A stretch of DNA of 64,000 nucleotides from Nitrosarchaeum sp. Its GTDB lineage: Archaea > Thermoproteota > Nitrososphaeria > Nitrososphaerales > Nitrosopumilaceae. Below the pieces are notes generated by a model, which was given only the letters and a program-made list of their open reading frames with translations, ran no database searches and was not told the DNA's origin. Numbering within the stretch: position 1 is the stretch's first letter; the number at the start of each line of letters is the position of its first letter. Both the position numbers and the translations under genes were made by a program. Below are positions 60,083-64,000 of this stretch, piece after piece. The stretch is from assembly GCA_965223865.1 (NCBI GenBank), contig OZ245020.1, forward strand, positions 160,001-224,000, written 5' to 3'.

Positions 60083-60448
60083 TTATTTTTGTTTATTTAG
60101 ATGGAAAGGTTTTGCAATAGAGATTTGATGATTATCTGGATCACGAATGTAGAAAAATCTCTCACCCCAAACTGCATCAGATGGTATTGTTTCAATTCTA
60201 TCAGAGAATAGAGATTTTTTTATATGATAGTATATTTTATCAACATCTTCTACGTGAAAAATTATTCTTCCAAAATCATGGATTCCATTTTCATTATATT
60301 CCAAGTTAAGGAATTGATCTCCAACCTTGAAAGTAACAAATGTGGTTTGTGAATTACTATAAACAAGCTCAAATCCTGGAATGTTTGAATAAAACTTAGT
60401 TGCTAAATCCATATTTTTTACAAAGAATGTTACTGCAGATATCTTCAT
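60083..60448 (-). CDS. VOC/glyoxalase family protein
   Basis: VKNM..A.KFY, WGERFFYIRDPDNH. Confidence 0.9.
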   Translation of the reverse strand: MKISAVTFFVKNMDLATKFYSNIPGFELVYSNSQTTFVTFKVGDQFLNLEYNENGIHDFGRIIFHVEDVDKIYYHIKKSLFSDRIETIPSDAVWGERFFYIRDPDNHQISIAKPFHLNKQK

Positions 60449-60513
60449 TATAGTTCCACAATTAATTTTAGGTATTTTACTAATACATGTTCAGAAAGGA
60501 AACTGAAAGTAAA

Positions 60514-60828
60514 CTATGTATTTTTTGGGGTGTTTACTTTTTTTATTGCGTATGCTATAAGGACAGTAATACCAATAAAGATTGTTAACATTGTAACTAA
60601 AATCGCTATATTGTCATTAGGATTTTGAGCAATACAATCTTGAATTTGACGATGAATTTCATAATATTGAAACAATTCTGGATCATCGTTAATGTTGAAA
60701 TTGTTTTCTTCCAAATAATTTATCCTATGTTGAATTTGCCATTGAACAATTTCTAATTGTTCTTTATCGTTATTCCCACAGATATGATCCGTTAATTGCA
60801 TGAAAATAATATCTAAAAATTTGAACAT
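60514..60828 (-). CDS. Hypothetical protein with C-terminal TM
   Basis: 104-aa ORF. Confidence 0.55.
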   Translation of the reverse strand: MFKFLDIIFMQLTDHICGNNDKEQLEIVQWQIQHRINYLEENNFNINDDPELFQYYEIHRQIQDCIAQNPNDNIAILVTMLTIFIGITVLIAYAIKKVNTPKNT

Positions 60829-60971
60829 TTTTCATTGTTAGTTAATATTCAATAAATTTAAACCACCTTTACTTTTTTTAATTTTTGTAAGATTATCTCA
60901 TTAAAATTGCCTAGAGTTACAAGGAATTTTTCCACCAAAGAAATTTAATTGCAATTCTGGTTTATGTTTAT

Positions 60972-61618
60972 ATGACTAAAGCAATTGTTCTTGGTGGTTC
61001 AAGAGGGATCGGTAAGCAATTTCAGATTCTCTTAAATCGATTGGTTGTGATGTGTTTTCAGCATCAAAAAATGATGTTGATACCTCAGATTTACAGAGCG
61101 TAAAAAATTTTTTAGCATCTAATATTGAAACTGACATTTTAGTGCTCAATACAGGTGGGCCCACAGCAAAACAGTTTGCAGAAATAACAGAGGATGATTG
61201 GAAGAAATATCACAATCAATTATTTTTGGGTTTTTGTCAGATTTTACAAAATATCAAAATCCATGAAGATGGGTACATATTTCTAATCAGTTCAAGCGTA
61301 ATAAAAGAACCAAACCCAAAATTAATCATATCATCAGCTTATCGTGCAGCATTTAGTGAAGTGCTAAAGATCCTAAGTAAAGATTATGCAAAACAAAACA
61401 TTAGTTGTATTAACATTGCACCAGGTCCTATCAATACAGATAGAACACAAGAATTGATAGAAAATGTAGAGGAATACAAAAGGTCTCTTCCAATGAACCG
61501 ACTAGGTGAACCTGAAGAGATTGGAAACTTTGTGAAATCAATTGTTGAAAATAAGATAAAGTATCTATCGGGCGTTACAATAAACTTTGATGGTGCAAAT
61601 TCAAACTATGTATTCTGA
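60972..61618 (+). pseudogene. Short-chain dehydrogenase/reductase, frameshifted near N-terminus
   Basis: MTKAIVLGGSRGIGK at 60972; one base missing near 61014-61017; continues AISDSL...NTGGP...NIAPG..NTDR..PMNRLGEPEE. Confidence 0.85.
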
Positions 61619-61620
61619 GA

Positions 61621-62259
61621 TTATTTCTTAAAATCTACATTTGGTGTATCAGGTTGATCTGGGATAACAATTAAGCCACCATCACGTAATTGTTGTAGTA
61701 ATTGCATTACTTCTTTTTCAACCTGTTTTCTTTGAAGACCAGTTTCTTTTGCAAAAATTTCAACTAATTCAGTTACTTTGCGTTGTCCGTTGCATGACTT
61801 CCAAAAGTTAACAATAGCTTGATTTACCATGAATCCTTGATCATGTTCGTTTGCCAAAACCATAGAACCATCTTCTTGTTGAACTAGTTTTCCTACTCCT
61901 TGAGGTAATGCAGATTCATAATTAATGGGTGCAGGAGTATTCATTCCAGCTCCCATGTTTTTTATTTTGATTTTTGCCTCTTCAGACATTTTATCCATTG
62001 ACCAAGGAGGGTCCCATACAATGTCTATTTTGACATTATTTACTCCTGGTACTTTTTTCACATATCTTGTGGCATCTTGAACCAGAGTTTCATGAAGTGG
62101 ACAACCTTGAGTTGTCATAGTCATTTTGATATTAACATCATTATTGTCTTCAACATCTATTCCATAAATCAAGCCCATCTCTACAATGTTTAGGGGAACT
62201 TCAGGGTCCATACATTTTTTTAAAGAATCTTCTACAGCTTCCGCAGTAACTATACTCAT
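61621..62259 (-). CDS. DUF59/SufT Fe-S assembly protein fused to PqqD-like domain
   Basis: DPEVPLNIVEMGLIY, MTMTTQGCP, WDPPW; C-terminal N.....FWKSCNG..V.EL...L.QL...GLI. Confidence 0.87.
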   Translation of the reverse strand: MSIVTAEAVEDSLKKCMDPEVPLNIVEMGLIYGIDVEDNNDVNIKMTMTTQGCPLHETLVQDATRYVKKVPGVNNVKIDIVWDPPWSMDKMSEEAKIKIKNMGAGMNTPAPINYESALPQGVGKLVQQEDGSMVLANEHDQGFMVNQAIVNFWKSCNGQRKVTELVEIFAKETGLQRKQVEKEVMQLLQQLRDGGLIVIPDQPDTPNVDFKK

Positions 62260-62298
62260 ATTGTTTAGGGCAGTCTGAAAAACAATAAAAACTTTCTA

Positions 62299-63360
62299 TT
62301 AATTAGCTTCAAATAATTTTCTAATTGATTCCTCAAAAGGAGGTTTTGCCACACCTTTTTCTGTGATAATTCCAGATATTAATTCTGGAGGTGTCATATC
62401 AAATGCTGGATTTATGACATTAATATCATCAGGAGCGGTTTTTTTATCACCAATTCCAGTGACCTCAGTTCCTTTTCTCATTTCAATGGTAACTTCTTTA
62501 AAATCACTTTCCATATCAAAAGTTGATAACGGTGCTGCAACATAAAATGGAATTCCATGTTGTTTTGCCATAGTTGCTACTTGATAGGTTCCAATCTTGT
62601 TAAAGACGTGTCCAGTTTTAACAATTCTATCAGCTCCTACAACCACTTTGTCAACTAAACCGTTTGCCATACTATATCCCACAGCTGTATCTGGAATCAA
62701 GCTAACATCAAATCCATCATGTTTTAATTCAAATGCAGTTAATCTTGAACCCTGTTGAACAGGTCTTGTTTCTGTGGCAATGACTTTAACATTTTTTCCA
62801 CTCTCTTTTGTTGCTCTGATTACTCCTAATGCTGTACCGTAGGCTACTGTAGCTAGAGCACCAGCATTACAATGAGTCATTATCGTATCATTATCATCAA
62901 ATAATTCTGAACCATTTTTTCCCATTGTTTTATTTATTTCAATATCTTCGTCAGCCATTCTTTTTGCTTCATTAATTACACCTTCTTTGATTTTTGCTAT
63001 AGAGTATTCAGAGTTTGCAACTTTCATTATTTGGTTCAAACCCCAAGCAAGATTTACTGCAGTAGGCCTAGTTGCAAAAAGAATTTTTCTTGCTTTTTCT
63101 AAATCTGAGATCAATTCATCTTTTGTTATTGCCCTGCTTTGTAATGCAGCCAAGGCTAATCCAAATGCTCCAGAAACACCTATTGCAGGAGCCCCTCTTA
63201 CCACTAGAGTTCTAATTGCTTCTGCAACTTGATTAAAGTCATCATATTCTACAAAAACAAGTTTGTTAGGAAGTTTAGTTTGATCAATCATTATCACTTT
63301 GTTATTCTTCCATTCTACAGTCCTTAACGATGGATGAATTTTGATGTCAATCTTTTCCAT
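62299..63360 (-). CDS. mtnA: S-methyl-5-thioribose-1-phosphate isomerase
   Basis: VRGAPAIG, RPTAVNL, THCNAGALAT, ETRP..QGSRLTA, NKIGTY. Confidence 0.93.
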   Translation of the reverse strand: MEKIDIKIHPSLRTVEWKNNKVIMIDQTKLPNKLVFVEYDDFNQVAEAIRTLVVRGAPAIGVSGAFGLALAALQSRAITKDELISDLEKARKILFATRPTAVNLAWGLNQIMKVANSEYSIAKIKEGVINEAKRMADEDIEINKTMGKNGSELFDDNDTIMTHCNAGALATVAYGTALGVIRATKESGKNVKVIATETRPVQQGSRLTAFELKHDGFDVSLIPDTAVGYSMANGLVDKVVVGADRIVKTGHVFNKIGTYQVATMAKQHGIPFYVAAPLSTFDMESDFKEVTIEMRKGTEVTGIGDKKTAPDDINVINPAFDMTPPELISGIITEKGVAKPPFEESIRKLFEAN

Positions 63361-63449
63361 TTATGTTAAAAATTTTTAGAACTATATTAAAATCAACTTG
63401 AAGAAATTTTTCCCAAGTATTATATCCTTAGTTGATTTTTAAAAAATAC

Positions 63450-64000
63450 TTGCTTGATTTACAAACATTACAAAAATTTGATAGTTACGGCATGTATGAA
63501 ATTTATGATAAATGGTCAGAAATATCTCAAGAATCATTTGATGCACCTTTAGAACCAGTGAAATATCAAGATGTTGATCATATAGTATTTGCTGGAATGG
63601 GTGGATCGGGGGCTATAGGTTCAATTTTTTCCTCAATTCTATCAAAGACCAATGTTCATGTTTCAATTGTGAAAGGGTATATTTTACCAAAAACAGTTGA
63701 TTCTGAGACCCTAGTTGTAACTACTAGTGTATCTGGCAATACTGATGAAACATTAACAATACTAAATTCTGCAAGTAAACAAGATTGTAAAATTATTTCT
63801 TTATCATCTGGAGGAAGAATGGAAAAATTTTGTTTAGAAAATAAGATTGAGTTTAGAAAAATTCCCAAAATACATTCACCTAGAGCATCATTTCCTGGAT
63901 TTTTGTATTCTATGTTAAAAATTTTGAATCCAGTAATACCAATTCCTGAAAACGAAATTTTAGAATCAATTACTGAAATGAAGAAATTGTCTAGCAGTAT
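63450..64000 (+). CDS. SIS-domain phosphoglucose/phosphomannose isomerase (partial, runs off window)
   Basis: From TTG at 63450: ...VFAGMGGSGAIG...SVSGNTDET...SSGG...SPRAS. Confidence 0.88.
   Translation, partial: MLDLQTLQKFDSYGMYEIYDKWSEISQESFDAPLEPVKYQDVDHIVFAGMGGSGAIGSIFSSILSKTNVHVSIVKGYILPKTVDSETLVVTTSVSGNTDETLTILNSASKQDCKIISLSSGGRMEKFCLENKIEFRKIPKIHSPRASFPGFLYSMLKILNPVIPIPENEILESITEMKKLSSS

Noticed and set aside
63656-63868. Minus-strand 70-aa ORF
   Set aside because: Antisense shadow of the plus-strand SIS isomerase that runs off the window

Overview
This is an AT-rich archaeal chromosome segment from an ammonia-oxidising thaumarchaeote (Nitrosopumilus-like). That call rests on the adjacent 4-hydroxybutyryl-CoA dehydratase and ADP-forming acyl-CoA synthetase of the 3HP/4HB cycle, archaeal r-proteins (L7Ae, S28e, L24e, L37e), a Cu-based terminal oxidase operon and F420 enzymes. 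Core blocks (about 1-21 kb, 33-37.7 kb, 50.3-64 kb) carry five tRNAs (Leu-TAG, Ala-CGC, Val-TAC, Lys-CTT, Arg-TCG) and flank two accessory regions. The best-supported is a ~9.5 kb element integrated at tRNA-Lys(CTT), bounded by an exact 14-bp direct repeat (40731-40744 / 50201-50214). It carries a truncated integrase, a two-domain multicopper oxidase, a pirin and an MBL hydrolase. It also holds a head-to-tail array of mostly unrelated secreted/membrane genes joined by a conserved (TAG)AAAATGAAAAC(T/C)AG junction encoding 'MKTR' signal-peptide starts; this is the top candidate for an undescribed cassette-like system. Other highlights are a probable structured ncRNA with its own TATA box (~35.6 kb), a membrane protein with two AmoC/PmoC-like D-x3-H-x12-H motifs, several unannotated CxxC micro-proteins, a GYDxx repeat protein and several single-base frameshifts that may be homopolymer sequencing errors. 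All calls were made by eye without database searches.
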